Of a stretch of DNA of 64,000 nucleotides, positions 9,664-19,638 are shown piece by piece (the stretch's first letter is position 1; the number at the start of each line of letters is the position of its first letter). The position numbers and the translations under genes were made by a program. The notes under the pieces were generated by a model. That model was not told where the DNA came from. It worked only from the letters and a program-made list of their open reading frames with translations, and did not search any database. The stretch lies in IMG/VR virus record IMGVR_UViG_3300009688_000445; one strand, written 5' to 3'. Source of the stretch: an uncultured virus (IMG/VR IMGVR_UViG_3300009688_000445) (taxonomy: Duplodnaviria; Heunggongvirae; Uroviricota; Caudoviricetes).

Positions 9664-10319
9664 TTAGTTTGGTATTTAATACCATCAGAAAAACCATATG
9701 CTGTTTTAGACAAAACCAATACTTGATCTTTAAAAGAACCGTGTTTACAAAATTCATCACCTAAACATTGTTCTGTAGTATATTTATTAGTTATTTGCGT
9801 ATTTGAAAATACTTTAGTTTTATATGCAAAATTTCCTTCTACAATAAAAAATTGCGGCATAAAATCTGAAATTCCATCAAATTGATACCTTCCACCGCAA
9901 ATGACCGGTGGGTTAGAAGTTGAGCTATGAAAATCTTGTCCTATAGCTTGTGATACAGCTAATACTTTTTTATTATCTAACATTTGTCTGTAAATTCTAT
10001 CTAATCCTTTAATATCGCTAATCAATGTATCTCCAGTTATAGCGACTATATAAGGAGCACTAAAATAAGTACTATATAATTTAGAAAAAGCTAAATTATA
10101 ATTTCTCGTTACTGCTACAGCAGGTAATTCATGAATAGGAACTGCCCCAGCTAAGTTAGGCAATACTTCATAGATATCGGCACCTTCTATCTTCCGATCA
10201 GATTCTGATTGAATTACTATTATTTTAGATCCGAAGAATTGTTTTTTAATAGTATTAATATTAAACTGAACAGTATTAACTTCATTATACATAGTTATAC
10301 AAAAAACTACATTTGTCAT
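9660..10319 (-). CDS. Putative GT-A fold glycosyltransferase
   Basis: N-terminal ITMYNE and a TGD segment; context within glycan cluster. Weak similarity only. Confidence 0.45.
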   Translation of the reverse strand: MTNVVFCITMYNEVNTVQFNINTIKKQFFGSKIIVIQSESDRKIEGADIYEVLPNLAGAVPIHELPAVAVTRNYNLAFSKLYSTYFSAPYIVAITGDTLISDIKGLDRIYRQMLDNKKVLAVSQAIGQDFHSSTSNPPVICGGRYQFDGISDFMPQFFIVEGNFAYKTKVFSNTQITNKYTTEQCLGDEFCKHGSFKDQVLVLSKTAYGFSDGIKYQTK

Positions 10320-10328
10320 TACAATACC

Positions 10329-11393
10329 TTATAGATATAATTTAGTAAGAAGTTCTACATTATTTGTTACCCATCGAATAATTTGCTGATAACCTTCTTC
10401 TACACCAATTTTAGGTTCCCAACCAATTGCTTCTTTTATTTTTCTGATATCAGAAATATAAATAACATGATCAGCTTTCCTTGGTTCTTCTATAATAGAA
10501 ATCTTCATTTTTCTGTTAAATTCTCTTTCTACTAAAGAAGTTGCTTCAATAAGTGATAGACTAATATCTTTTCCACCACCAATATTAAAAACCTGTCCTT
10601 TAACTTTATCTATACTATCAATTTCCATTTCAACTAACTTACAAATATCGTCAATGAAAAGAGCATCTCTTACTTGTTTTCCTTTCCATCCAATATACAC
10701 TAATGGTAGATTAAACATAGCTGCAATAGCCCACCAGGCAACCCAACCTTGTGCACTTTTACCCCATTGTCGCGGTCCTGCCAAACAAGAAAATCTATTT
10801 ACAACTGTTTTAACACCAAAGGCATCGAAATATTCTTGACAGGCAAGATCAGACATTACTTTACTCATTCCATAAATAGAATGTTGTCCACCATCGATGC
10901 TGAATTCATTCGAAAAACCATATCTAGAATCCCATCCTTTAGTAGAACTTTCTTGTAGGATCCATCTGTATCGTGTATCAGATTCATACAATTCAAAAGA
11001 ATTGATTTTATCTCCACTATATACTTTATTTGTTGACCAAAAGATGACAGCAGGTTTATTCTCTTGTTTTCTAGCAAATTCTAGAACATTAAATAATCCA
11101 AGGGTATTATTAGAAAAATCATAATATGGGTTATTATATCCATCAATAGCAGAAGGTTGTGCACTACATTCACAAATAGCGTCAAAAGTTCCAAGATTAT
11201 CAAAATCTTCTTTACACCGGATATCACCGTGAACAAACTTTACGCCTTTGTTCTTGAAGTCATCTAAATTATATTCTGAACCTCTTCTTGCTAAATTATC
11301 AAAAGCAGTCACTTTATATCCTTTTTCCGCAAAGTAAAGAGATAAGTTAGCACCCACGAATCCACAGCCACCTAAAATTAGAATTTTTTTCAT
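10329..11393 (-). CDS. NAD-dependent epimerase/dehydratase, CDP-paratose 2-epimerase-like
   Basis: GGCGFVG, DNLARRGS, STNKVY, YGMSK, GWVAW, GKQVRD, FNIGGG. Confidence 0.85.
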   Translation of the reverse strand: MKKILILGGCGFVGANLSLYFAEKGYKVTAFDNLARRGSEYNLDDFKNKGVKFVHGDIRCKEDFDNLGTFDAICECSAQPSAIDGYNNPYYDFSNNTLGLFNVLEFARKQENKPAVIFWSTNKVYSGDKINSFELYESDTRYRWILQESSTKGWDSRYGFSNEFSIDGGQHSIYGMSKVMSDLACQEYFDAFGVKTVVNRFSCLAGPRQWGKSAQGWVAWWAIAAMFNLPLVYIGWKGKQVRDALFIDDICKLVEMEIDSIDKVKGQVFNIGGGKDISLSLIEATSLVEREFNRKMKISIIEEPRKADHVIYISDIRKIKEAIGWEPKIGVEEGYQQIIRWVTNNVELLTKLYL

Positions 11394-11396
11394 TTA

Positions 11397-12368
11397 TTAC
11401 TTCTCCAAAAGTTTTTCGTATTCTTGAACAATTCTATTTGCAATATTTTTATAAGACCAAGTAGTTTCCATAAAACTTCTAACTTCTTTAGATCGATATT
11501 CTAATTGTTCTGGATTATTACAATAATATAATATCTGATTTTTAATCTCTTCTATATTATTTACACGATCAAAAGGAAAAATATCAGTTTTATGAAATTC
11601 TTTAAAAGTTTCTTCAAAATTTCCATCTGCACTTACCATTGTAGGTATTCCTAACGCAAGATTTTCTACAGTAGTCATGCCGTGAAAACCTCTCCAAATT
11701 GCATCAAATCCTAAAGTACATGTTTTCTTGATTTCAATGATTCTTTTATTAGCTAAATCTCTATGAATATTTACCTTAATATTTTTATTTTGTGATTTCA
11801 CTTGATTAATAGCTGCGAGTAATTCGTTAGTATTTTTATTATTAGGATCACCCGTAGGGAAATGACCTATTATTACTTCTTTTCTATTTATGTTAGTATA
11901 TGAGTATTCATCAGAGTCACAATTTACTACATCTGGTATATACACACAGTCTTTATAAATTTGGAGAGCTTGTGGGATAGATGAAAAGATTGCATTATAA
12001 CCTATCTCTTCTTTTTTATTCCAAATATCTTTTGCTTCTGCTCTTTCGCTCCATCTTCCCATAAAACTATTATAATCATGAAAAATCTTAACTTTATCTT
12101 TTACAAGATCATTCCAATCGAATCCAAAATTATGTGGGCTATTATACGTGTGTGTAGCTGAGCAAAAATGAAGAATATCTGCTTCTCGTATTAGTTGCAT
12201 AAATTCTTCTTTATTATAATTCTCTGGTCCGAGATCTAATGTATTATAAAAAGTTTTTACTGCTCTGAAATGTCTGGCTTTCCAATTAGTATGTAGGTTA
12301 ATAGCTTCAGCTTGTTTAAAAGAACATCCAGCTGCATCCCATGCCATGTTAATAAATAACGTTTTCAA
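11397..12368 (-). CDS. GT-B fold glycosyltransferase
   Basis: IGHFPT..NKNT, GFHGMTTVENLALGIPTM, C-terminal helix typical of GT4-like enzymes. Confidence 0.7.
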   Translation of the reverse strand: MKTLFINMAWDAAGCSFKQAEAINLHTNWKARHFRAVKTFYNTLDLGPENYNKEEFMQLIREADILHFCSATHTYNSPHNFGFDWNDLVKDKVKIFHDYNSFMGRWSERAEAKDIWNKKEEIGYNAIFSSIPQALQIYKDCVYIPDVVNCDSDEYSYTNINRKEVIIGHFPTGDPNNKNTNELLAAINQVKSQNKNIKVNIHRDLANKRIIEIKKTCTLGFDAIWRGFHGMTTVENLALGIPTMVSADGNFEETFKEFHKTDIFPFDRVNNIEEIKNQILYYCNNPEQLEYRSKEVRSFMETTWSYKNIANRIVQEYEKLLEK

Positions 12369-12953
12369 TTAGATCTCCTTTTTTAATATTCCAATAAGTA
12401 GTTTATTACCACAACCCCAAGGATTATCATAGAAATCTCCAAGAATTGTGGTATCATTATCTTGAATCCATTTATATTCTTCAATTCTTTTCATAAAGTA
12501 TATTTCATCAAAAATAATTTCTTTCTTATCTATCTGTGCATCAAGAATCTTATTCCATCCCAAAGGTATTGTAATAACACACATACCACTGTTTGCAAGT
12601 AAATTATCTTTTATATTTTCTATTGATCTTTTAATTTTAGAAGGATCTTTTATCTCCGGAGCTTCATAGCCTACATGTTCTAATGTGGAGATACTTACAA
12701 TTAAATCATATTTTATAGAAGTTAAATAGCTAACAATATCATGTTTAATGCAACGAGATGAGATATCATATTTATCGAGTACGTCATGCGTTATTGTATA
12801 ATAGTTAGATAAAACATTACCAATTTCCAGTATTTTTTTATCTTTAAACTGTTGGACGTAGTCAAAGATAATAGGTAGTTCTACTATTCTTTCTACTTTA
12901 CTCTGAGTATGATATTGATATTGTTTATTATTAAAAATAAAACTATCATTCAT
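12369..12953 (-). CDS. Methyltransferase-like protein
   Basis: ERIVELP, ILEIGNV, YDLIVSISTLEHVG. Confidence 0.7.
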   Translation of the reverse strand: MNDSFIFNNKQYQYHTQSKVERIVELPIIFDYVQQFKDKKILEIGNVLSNYYTITHDVLDKYDISSRCIKHDIVSYLTSIKYDLIVSISTLEHVGYEAPEIKDPSKIKRSIENIKDNLLANSGMCVITIPLGWNKILDAQIDKKEIIFDEIYFMKRIEEYKWIQDNDTTILGDFYDNPWGCGNKLLIGILKKEI

Positions 12954-13909
12954 TACAAATCACCTTTTAATATTAATTGTTTTTCAAAATATGAAATAGT
13001 GCTGCTTAATCCTATTTCAAAAGATTTTGTTGGTGACCAATTTAATATATTTTGTGCTAAAGAGATATCTGGTTTTCTTCTACAAGGATCATCTTTAGGT
13101 AATTCTTTAAAAATAATTTGAGATTTAGACCCGGTATATCTTATAATTTTTTCTGCTACTTGGAGTATTGTCATCTCATTTGGATTTCCTAAATTTACTG
13201 GTCCTGGAAATTCTGGGTATTGCATAAGTTTATATAATCCTTCAACAAGATCACTGATATAGCAAAAAGATCGTGTTTGACTTCCATCTCCGTAAACTTC
13301 TAAAGGAGTGCCTTTTAATGCATTAACTATAAAATTACTAATTACTCTACCATCTTCTAAGTTGAAACGAGGTCCATATGTGTTAAATATTCTAGCTATT
13401 CTTATATCTACATTATTTTGTCTATGATAATCACAAAATAATGCTTCTGCACATCTTTTACCTTCATCGTAACATGCTCTGAGTCCGACTGGATTTACAT
13501 TACCCCAATACTCTTCTTTTTGTGGATGTATTTCCGGATCACCGTATACTTCACTTGTTGATGCTTGAAGAATTCTTGCTTTTACTCGCTTTGCGAGACC
13601 TAGCATATTAATAGAACCCATTACATTTGTTTTTATTGTTTTAACAGGATTATATTGATAATGAATCGGTGATGCAGGTGATGCTAAATTATATATTTCA
13701 TTTACTTCCAAATAGATAGGTTCTGTTACATCATGTCTAATAATTTCAAATTTAGAGTGTTCAGAAAGTTTATATAAATTCTGCTTAGAACCTGTAAAAA
13801 AATTATCTAGACAAATCACATAATATCCTTGACTTATCAGATATTCACATAAATGAGAACCGATAAATCCTGCTCCTCCTGTTACAAGTGCTGTCTTATC
13901 AGAATTCAT
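12953..13909 (-). CDS. uxs: UDP-glucuronate decarboxylase (UDP-xylose synthase)
   Basis: [63 protein letters not shown]. Confidence 0.92.
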   Translation of the reverse strand: MNSDKTALVTGGAGFIGSHLCEYLISQGYYVICLDNFFTGSKQNLYKLSEHSKFEIIRHDVTEPIYLEVNEIYNLASPASPIHYQYNPVKTIKTNVMGSINMLGLAKRVKARILQASTSEVYGDPEIHPQKEEYWGNVNPVGLRACYDEGKRCAEALFCDYHRQNNVDIRIARIFNTYGPRFNLEDGRVISNFIVNALKGTPLEVYGDGSQTRSFCYISDLVEGLYKLMQYPEFPGPVNLGNPNEMTILQVAEKIIRYTGSKSQIIFKELPKDDPCRRKPDISLAQNILNWSPTKSFEIGLSSTISYFEKQLILKGDL

Positions 13910-13910
13910 T

Positions 13911-14810
13911 TTAATATCCTTTTTCAATTATTTCACTAAAAATTTCTTTTAATTTATTATTAAAATTAATATAAGTAAGTTGTTCTACTTTTTGTCTTCT
14001 TTTAAGTACTTTATCTTCAATTGATACCAGAATATCAATTAATTTAGTTATATTACCTGCTGGAAACATATATTCTACATTGAATTCTGGAATGAATCCT
14101 ACATCTGAACTTATTATAGGGATTCCGCAAGCCATAGCTTCCTCTGGTGCTACTGGACCACCTTCCCATAACGAAGGTATAAGAAGAAAATCTATCTTTT
14201 CGTATAATTCACTTTGTTTTACATTTTTATACTCATCTGGTGTGTATCTATAAACTTCATTTCTTATACCAAGTTGATTCATTCTATTTGTAACTACTTC
14301 CCATCCTCTACCGCAAAAGATAAATTTAAAATTACTCAAGTTAAATCTATTTACAAGATCCAGCATGAAATATAATCCTTTTCCCACCACTTCGCCATTC
14401 TGAAAAATACCTATTTTAATAGTAGGTTTAAATTTATGTATTTCTATAGGAGAAGTGAGGTTGTAATTACGTTCTTGAGGAAATCCAAGATTTAGAAACT
14501 GTTGAAGGCTTCTTTGCGATTGATGCACCCAAGCATTCATCAGTTTAAATCTATTAAAATCTGCACCACCCAAATCTTTGCTGTGCTCTTTTGGGTCATT
14601 TGCATGGATATGTGTTACATATGCAATATCTCTTTTAGTTTTTTGAGAAAAATTTAGAAATACATTATAGCAAATATAAAAATTTATATCTACATCAAAT
14701 CTCTGTCCATAAGATACTGAATAATTCATATCTGTTTGATTATATTCTAATATCTTATCAGACCAAAACTTCTTAATCCAATTACCTTCAGTTACGATAT
14801 GTACTTTCAT
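13911..14810 (-). CDS. Glycosyltransferase family 4-like
   Basis: KG motif and [29 protein letters not shown] (E-x7-E). Confidence 0.85.
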   Translation of the reverse strand: MKVHIVTEGNWIKKFWSDKILEYNQTDMNYSVSYGQRFDVDINFYICYNVFLNFSQKTKRDIAYVTHIHANDPKEHSKDLGGADFNRFKLMNAWVHQSQRSLQQFLNLGFPQERNYNLTSPIEIHKFKPTIKIGIFQNGEVVGKGLYFMLDLVNRFNLSNFKFIFCGRGWEVVTNRMNQLGIRNEVYRYTPDEYKNVKQSELYEKIDFLLIPSLWEGGPVAPEEAMACGIPIISSDVGFIPEFNVEYMFPAGNITKLIDILVSIEDKVLKRRQKVEQLTYINFNNKLKEIFSEIIEKGY

Positions 14811-14812
14811 AA

Positions 14813-15382
14813 CTATCTTGTTTCCGTGGATTGTGAATTAAAATCATAATAGTAAAGTACTTTATCTATTCTAACTTCATTTTTAATCTCTTTACATGCA
14901 CGAACAACCCAATTAACATCTTCTCCGTTATTAATATTAGGAAACATATGTCTTTTAGCAATAGAAGATCTCCATACCATGGTATGTGCTGGTTTACCAC
15001 GCCATTGATCACCTACTTCACTATAAGCAAAATCTTTACTATATTTTGAATAGGTTGTTTTTTCTGTAACATTGATTGTTGTAATACAATCAAATACTAT
15101 GCAATCTGCGGTTGGATTCGCATAAATAGTATCCATAATAGATTGAATATAATCTTCTGCTATTCTATCATCATCGTCGATAAATGTTAAGAATTCACCT
15201 TGTGCTAAGTTAAGCAGTGCATTTCTTTTTAAACCTACAGATCTTTTTTTATTATCATAAAATCCAAGAATTTCAATATCATCTCTATTCTTGATTTGTT
15301 CCTGTAAACTATTGATTAATCTTGGATAAAATGTTGTTAATCTACTCGGAACTGTTGGAACTAAAATTGAAAACTTTATCAT
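14813..15382 (-). CDS. Glycosyltransferase family 2
   Basis: FSILVPT, GLKRNALL, FIDDDD, GED, LYYY. Confidence 0.8.
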   Translation of the reverse strand: MIKFSILVPTVPSRLTTFYPRLINSLQEQIKNRDDIEILGFYDNKKRSVGLKRNALLNLAQGEFLTFIDDDDRIAEDYIQSIMDTIYANPTADCIVFDCITTINVTEKTTYSKYSKDFAYSEVGDQWRGKPAHTMVWRSSIAKRHMFPNINNGEDVNWVVRACKEIKNEVRIDKVLYYYDFNSQSTETR

Positions 15383-15391
15383 TATATTCTC

Positions 15392-16111
15392 CTAACCAAA
15401 GAGTTTCTGTGCTAATTGATGGCATTTTAAATCGTATTGTCTACCAATTTTTCCTTGATAGCCAAAATCTGTATGTGTATTTTGTTCTGGGTGTGTTCTA
15501 TAAGAAGTTAATATCTCAGGAACTTTATAATATCTATATTTAGTAGAAAGTCTTATAGCAAAATCATAATCTTCTACACCTAAAACTTCTTCATTAAACA
15601 TACCAACATCATCTATAACTTCTTTTGCTATAAGTAAGTTACTCCACATTCCAAAATAAGAGGCAATAAGAAATTTCTGCTGTTGGCGTAAATCAGGGAA
15701 TACTGGATCTCTATGTATACTTAAAACTTTTTTATTTACATCTATTAACTCAAAATCACCATGAATTATCTTAGCTTCGGCATTTCTGTTAATTAAAGTA
15801 GTTTGTAATTGAAGTTTGTATGGTTTCCAAATATCATCAGAAGCTAATCCGGCCCACCAATTACCCTTCATAATTCTTATACCAGCATTTAAAGCTGCCG
15901 CTGTTTTTTTATTTTCTTGATCAATAACAATTACATTTTCTTTATTTCTAATAGAATCTAGAAATTTAAGTGTTTCTTCTCTAGTAGACCCATCATTTAC
16001 AAAAATACTTTCAATAGGTTTATATGTTTGATTCCAAATGCTATCAAAACATTCTTGCAGATATTCAGCTTTAGTATTATATACAGGAGTAACAACAGAA
16101 ATATTAATCAT
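15392..16111 (-). CDS. Glycosyltransferase family 2
   Basis: SVVTPVYN, VNDGS, ALNAG, SDD, EDYDF, YRTH. Confidence 0.88.
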   Translation of the reverse strand: MINISVVTPVYNTKAEYLQECFDSIWNQTYKPIESIFVNDGSTREETLKFLDSIRNKENVIVIDQENKKTAAALNAGIRIMKGNWWAGLASDDIWKPYKLQLQTTLINRNAEAKIIHGDFELIDVNKKVLSIHRDPVFPDLRQQQKFLIASYFGMWSNLLIAKEVIDDVGMFNEEVLGVEDYDFAIRLSTKYRYYKVPEILTSYRTHPEQNTHTDFGYQGKIGRQYDLKCHQLAQKLFG

Positions 16112-17070
16112 TATACAAATTCCTTGTGTTTTAGAGGTTCCGTCATTTTTTCAAGTATTGTATTATATTCATTATAATAGCATCTGGAACAAATTGAACC
16201 ATTAAAATATCTTTGTTCTTCATAGATAAATTTTAGATCGCTTAATTTTCCCATAGACATTACCTTACTACATTCTAATGATGGTGGATCGTATGCATAT
16301 TGAGCACCACAACACGGGTAAATGTTTCCATCTGCATTTATAACTGGTTTTAATAAACTAATCAAGCATTTTTTCGTCCCTTTTGTAAATTCTTTTCTTC
16401 CTTGATATATAACAAGCGAATCGTTTATATGTTCTTTTTGTAATAATTCTTTAATATTTTTCATACTTTGAGTACTATCTAAATCGAGTAGATCAGATAC
16501 AAGCCTTACATGTGTGAAATTATAATCATTAGCTGTTTTAATAATATTTATTAGTGTATCTTTATTGAGATTTGCAGTAACTACGTAGCTAAATCCCCAA
16601 TCTACATATTTACATTGTTCTATAATATTTAACAATACATTTCTATATGGAGGATTAAAAGTTCTATCATCACTGTGACTAATCCTGCACCATGTCATGG
16701 AATCTAATAAATTTTTGTCCACATTACTTAAACTAATACCGTTAGTTGCCATACCTACAGAAATTTTATTGATAATTAAAAATTCTAATATCTTATTAAT
16801 TTGAGGATGAAGTGTAGGTTCACCACCACCAGATATTGTAACAGCTTTACACCCCAATGATATAGCATCTGACATAACTCTTTTAATATCTTCTAAAGAT
16901 AAAGTTTCTTTTCTATTTCTATTTGCACAGCTACAAAAAGAACAATTTAGATTACAAACATTTGTTGGGTATAGTTGTACATGATAGGGTATAATTTTAT
17001 CCCCATGCATTATGGGATTCTGTAAAATTTTAGTAGGAAATGCGCTGGCGGATATAAACGAACTATTCAT
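16111..17070 (-). CDS. Radical SAM protein with C-terminal SPASM/twitch-like domain
   Basis: CNLNCSFC (CxxxCxxC), SGGGEP, TNG, C..GNIYPCC and CSRC. Confidence 0.88.
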   Translation of the reverse strand: MNSSFISASAFPTKILQNPIMHGDKIIPYHVQLYPTNVCNLNCSFCSCANRNRKETLSLEDIKRVMSDAISLGCKAVTISGGGEPTLHPQINKILEFLIINKISVGMATNGISLSNVDKNLLDSMTWCRISHSDDRTFNPPYRNVLLNIIEQCKYVDWGFSYVVTANLNKDTLINIIKTANDYNFTHVRLVSDLLDLDSTQSMKNIKELLQKEHINDSLVIYQGRKEFTKGTKKCLISLLKPVINADGNIYPCCGAQYAYDPPSLECSKVMSMGKLSDLKFIYEEQRYFNGSICSRCYYNEYNTILEKMTEPLKHKEFV

Positions 17071-17072
17071 TA

Positions 17073-17876
17073 TTACTCACCCTTATAAATTCTATCTTTA
17101 AAATCTTCTATACGCATTGCAGAAGAAATATATCTAGTTTTAGGATCTTTATAATATACCATAACATTTTCATTATATATACGTCTATTTGTGGTATTAC
17201 ATATATCCTTCCATGCGCGATAATTTTGCTGCTTATTTTCTACTTCTGCTTCATATCCAAAATTTTCTGGTAAATGTATACCTAGATTATCTTTCATATA
17301 TGCTAGAATAAAACCATCATAATATGCCCTAAAAGAAAAATCTGCATCTTCTTCCCCATATTTTTGATAATCTTCTCTCCAATACCCAAGTGTATCATGA
17401 GTTCGTTTAGGTATTAAAACACAAGCACCACCGATAGCGCCATTAACTTTTTGTTGAACTGTATAATTACCAAAAGTTTTTAATGGAAAAGATTGTTGTT
17501 CAAATTTATATGCTAGAATACCTATTTGCGGAACATTATCTACAATTTCTACCATAGGTTGCAACCAATTAGGATTTTTAAATGTAATATCATTATCAAA
17601 TTTAATATAATAAGTATCATCTTCTAATTGCCAACCTAGATTAGCTGCTTTAGCAACACCTAGATTTTCTTCTAATAATACTAAATTTTGTATAATTCCT
17701 TCTTTCCATTTATTTTTTAGATACTCTGCAGTTTCATCTTTACTATTATTATCTACAACTGTAAGAATAAATGGGTATCCTACTTTTCTACTTTCTACCA
17801 AAGAATCTAATGTTAATTTAGTGAAATCTATTCGATTGAAAGTTGTCATACAAATATGAACGGGTTTATTACTCAT
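17073..17876 (-). CDS. Glycosyltransferase family 2
   Basis: MTTFNR, VVDNNSKD, NLGVAKAAN, FDND, YGEEDADF. Start at ATG 17876. Confidence 0.85.
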   Translation of the reverse strand: MSNKPVHICMTTFNRIDFTKLTLDSLVESRKVGYPFILTVVDNNSKDETAEYLKNKWKEGIIQNLVLLEENLGVAKAANLGWQLEDDTYYIKFDNDITFKNPNWLQPMVEIVDNVPQIGILAYKFEQQSFPLKTFGNYTVQQKVNGAIGGACVLIPKRTHDTLGYWREDYQKYGEEDADFSFRAYYDGFILAYMKDNLGIHLPENFGYEAEVENKQQNYRAWKDICNTTNRRIYNENVMVYYKDPKTRYISSAMRIEDFKDRIYKGE

Positions 17877-17904
17877 ATATTTACTCTTGAAAAAAGTTTT
17901 TATA

Positions 17905-19638
17905 CTATAAAAGTAGTACAATAAGAGAAAAAACAAATCTTGGATTATTAAGATTTGTTCCTATTGTCATACCTAGCTTGATTGTATTAAAAAAAGGAAA
18001 GTTAATATCTTCTACAAATTCTCGTATAGGTATAGTTTTAAAAAAAGAAGTAATCCAATCTTCCATAGGAAGAACAAATCCTTGCTTCTTTCTCTTAATT
18101 ATATCTTCTGGTAATAATTTTTCTGCGATATTTTTTAAAATTACTTTTTCTGTACCGAAGATTTTTTGATCAGCATGAAGATTTAAACCAAATTCTACTA
18201 CTTTTGGATCTAAAAAAGGAGCTCTTCCTTCTATACTATTTGCCATAGTCATTCTATCAAATTTTACTAATAAATCGTCTGGTAACCATGTTGTTAAATC
18301 GGCAGAAGTAACATATTGTATAGAATCATTTGCGGAATTTAACCATTCTATCCAAGAAGATTCCCAGTAATCCTTATCGAACATATATTCTTCATTTAAT
18401 AAGGAAAATGCGTGTTGCATAGATGCGACAAGAGGAAAACCAGAAGGAGTGTAATTAAAATTTTTAGAAATAAATCTATTAGATATATCTTTTAGATTAG
18501 AATCAACTGTAAATCTTGGATAATATGAATAACCACCAAAAATTTCATCACCACCTTCACCTGATAAAACAACTTTTAGTTTACCCTTACATTGTTCCGC
18601 CAACCAATATACCGGTAAAATTGCTTGATCACCTACTGGTTCATCTAGGTATTTAATTACTTTTGATAGCAAACTTAAAAAAGAATCTTCGTTAAACATC
18701 AAATTTGTATGATTTGTTTTAAATCTTTCTGCAATTAGATTAGAATAAGTACTTTCATCATAATTCTTACTGTAAAAACCCATTGAAAATGTAGAGATAT
18801 TAGATTTTATATTGGATGCCAACGCTGTAATTATGCTAGAATCTATACCACCAGATAAGAAAATACCTACTGGTACGTCTGCTTCTAATCTTGAAGAGAC
18901 AGCGTCTTGCAATAAATCTAGTAATAATTCTTCTTTTTTAACAGTTCCTACTTCTAGCTTAGGTTTATAATAGCAAATATTTTTAATAGAAAGATTTTCT
19001 AATTTAATTTCTAGATAATGACCTGGTAATACCTTTTTGATAAAATTGAATATAGTATACTGCCCAGGTATATAATGCAGACATATATAATATACTAAAG
19101 ATATTTTAGATAATGTAAAATCTATCCAATTCAAATACTTAAATGTTTTTAAATAAGAAGAATACGCAAATTTATTTTCTTTGATACAATAAAATAAGGG
19201 TTTTTCACCGAATCTATCTCTAATTAGATATAAAGTATTAGATTCTGTATCGAAAATTGAAATAGCATACATTCCATCTAATTTTTCAAGTAGTTTTGTA
19301 ATACCCCAAGCTTCGTATCCAATAGAAATTACTTCTGTATCACAATGTGTATCAAAAGTATAATTCTGTGCTTCTAATTCTTTCCTAAGCTTTTTATAAT
19401 TATAAATCTCACCGTTTTGAAATATAACATATTTTTTGTTAGGCGAAAGAAAAGGTTGATCTCCTTGATCTAAATCTATAATAGATAATCTTGTCATTAC
19501 TTGAAGAATATTTTCTTTATAGAAAGATCCTGTAGAATCTGGTCCTCTGTGTTTCATTGCAGTACTTATCTTTTCTATCAAGTCAGAAGAGATAGTACTA
19601 GTTAATGAAGAATCTATAATACCAGCAATACCACACAT
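17905..19638 (-). CDS. asnB: Asparagine synthase (glutamine-hydrolysing)-like amidotransferase; possibly extends through TAG to TAA at 17881
   Basis: MCGIAG, HRGPD, NGEIYN, SGGIDSS, SGEGGDEIFGGY, DRMTMANSIEGRAPFLD, RKKQGF. Confidence 0.92.
   Translation of the reverse strand: MCGIAGIIDSSLTSTISSDLIEKISTAMKHRGPDSTGSFYKENILQVMTRLSIIDLDQGDQPFLSPNKKYVIFQNGEIYNYKKLRKELEAQNYTFDTHCDTEVISIGYEAWGITKLLEKLDGMYAISIFDTESNTLYLIRDRFGEKPLFYCIKENKFAYSSYLKTFKYLNWIDFTLSKISLVYYICLHYIPGQYTIFNFIKKVLPGHYLEIKLENLSIKNICYYKPKLEVGTVKKEELLLDLLQDAVSSRLEADVPVGIFLSGGIDSSIITALASNIKSNISTFSMGFYSKNYDESTYSNLIAERFKTNHTNLMFNEDSFLSLLSKVIKYLDEPVGDQAILPVYWLAEQCKGKLKVVLSGEGGDEIFGGYSYYPRFTVDSNLKDISNRFISKNFNYTPSGFPLVASMQHAFSLLNEEYMFDKDYWESSWIEWLNSANDSIQYVTSADLTTWLPDDLLVKFDRMTMANSIEGRAPFLDPKVVEFGLNLHADQKIFGTEKVILKNIAEKLLPEDIIKRKKQGFVLPMEDWITSFFKTIPIREFVEDINFPFFNTIKLGMTIGTNLNNPRFVFSLIVLLL

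Noticed and set aside
15380..15394. TAG in frame with the next GT2 gene (TAG GAG AAT ATA ATG)
   Set aside because: The TAG forms part of an AGGAG ribosome-binding site at normal spacing, so an independent start explains it.
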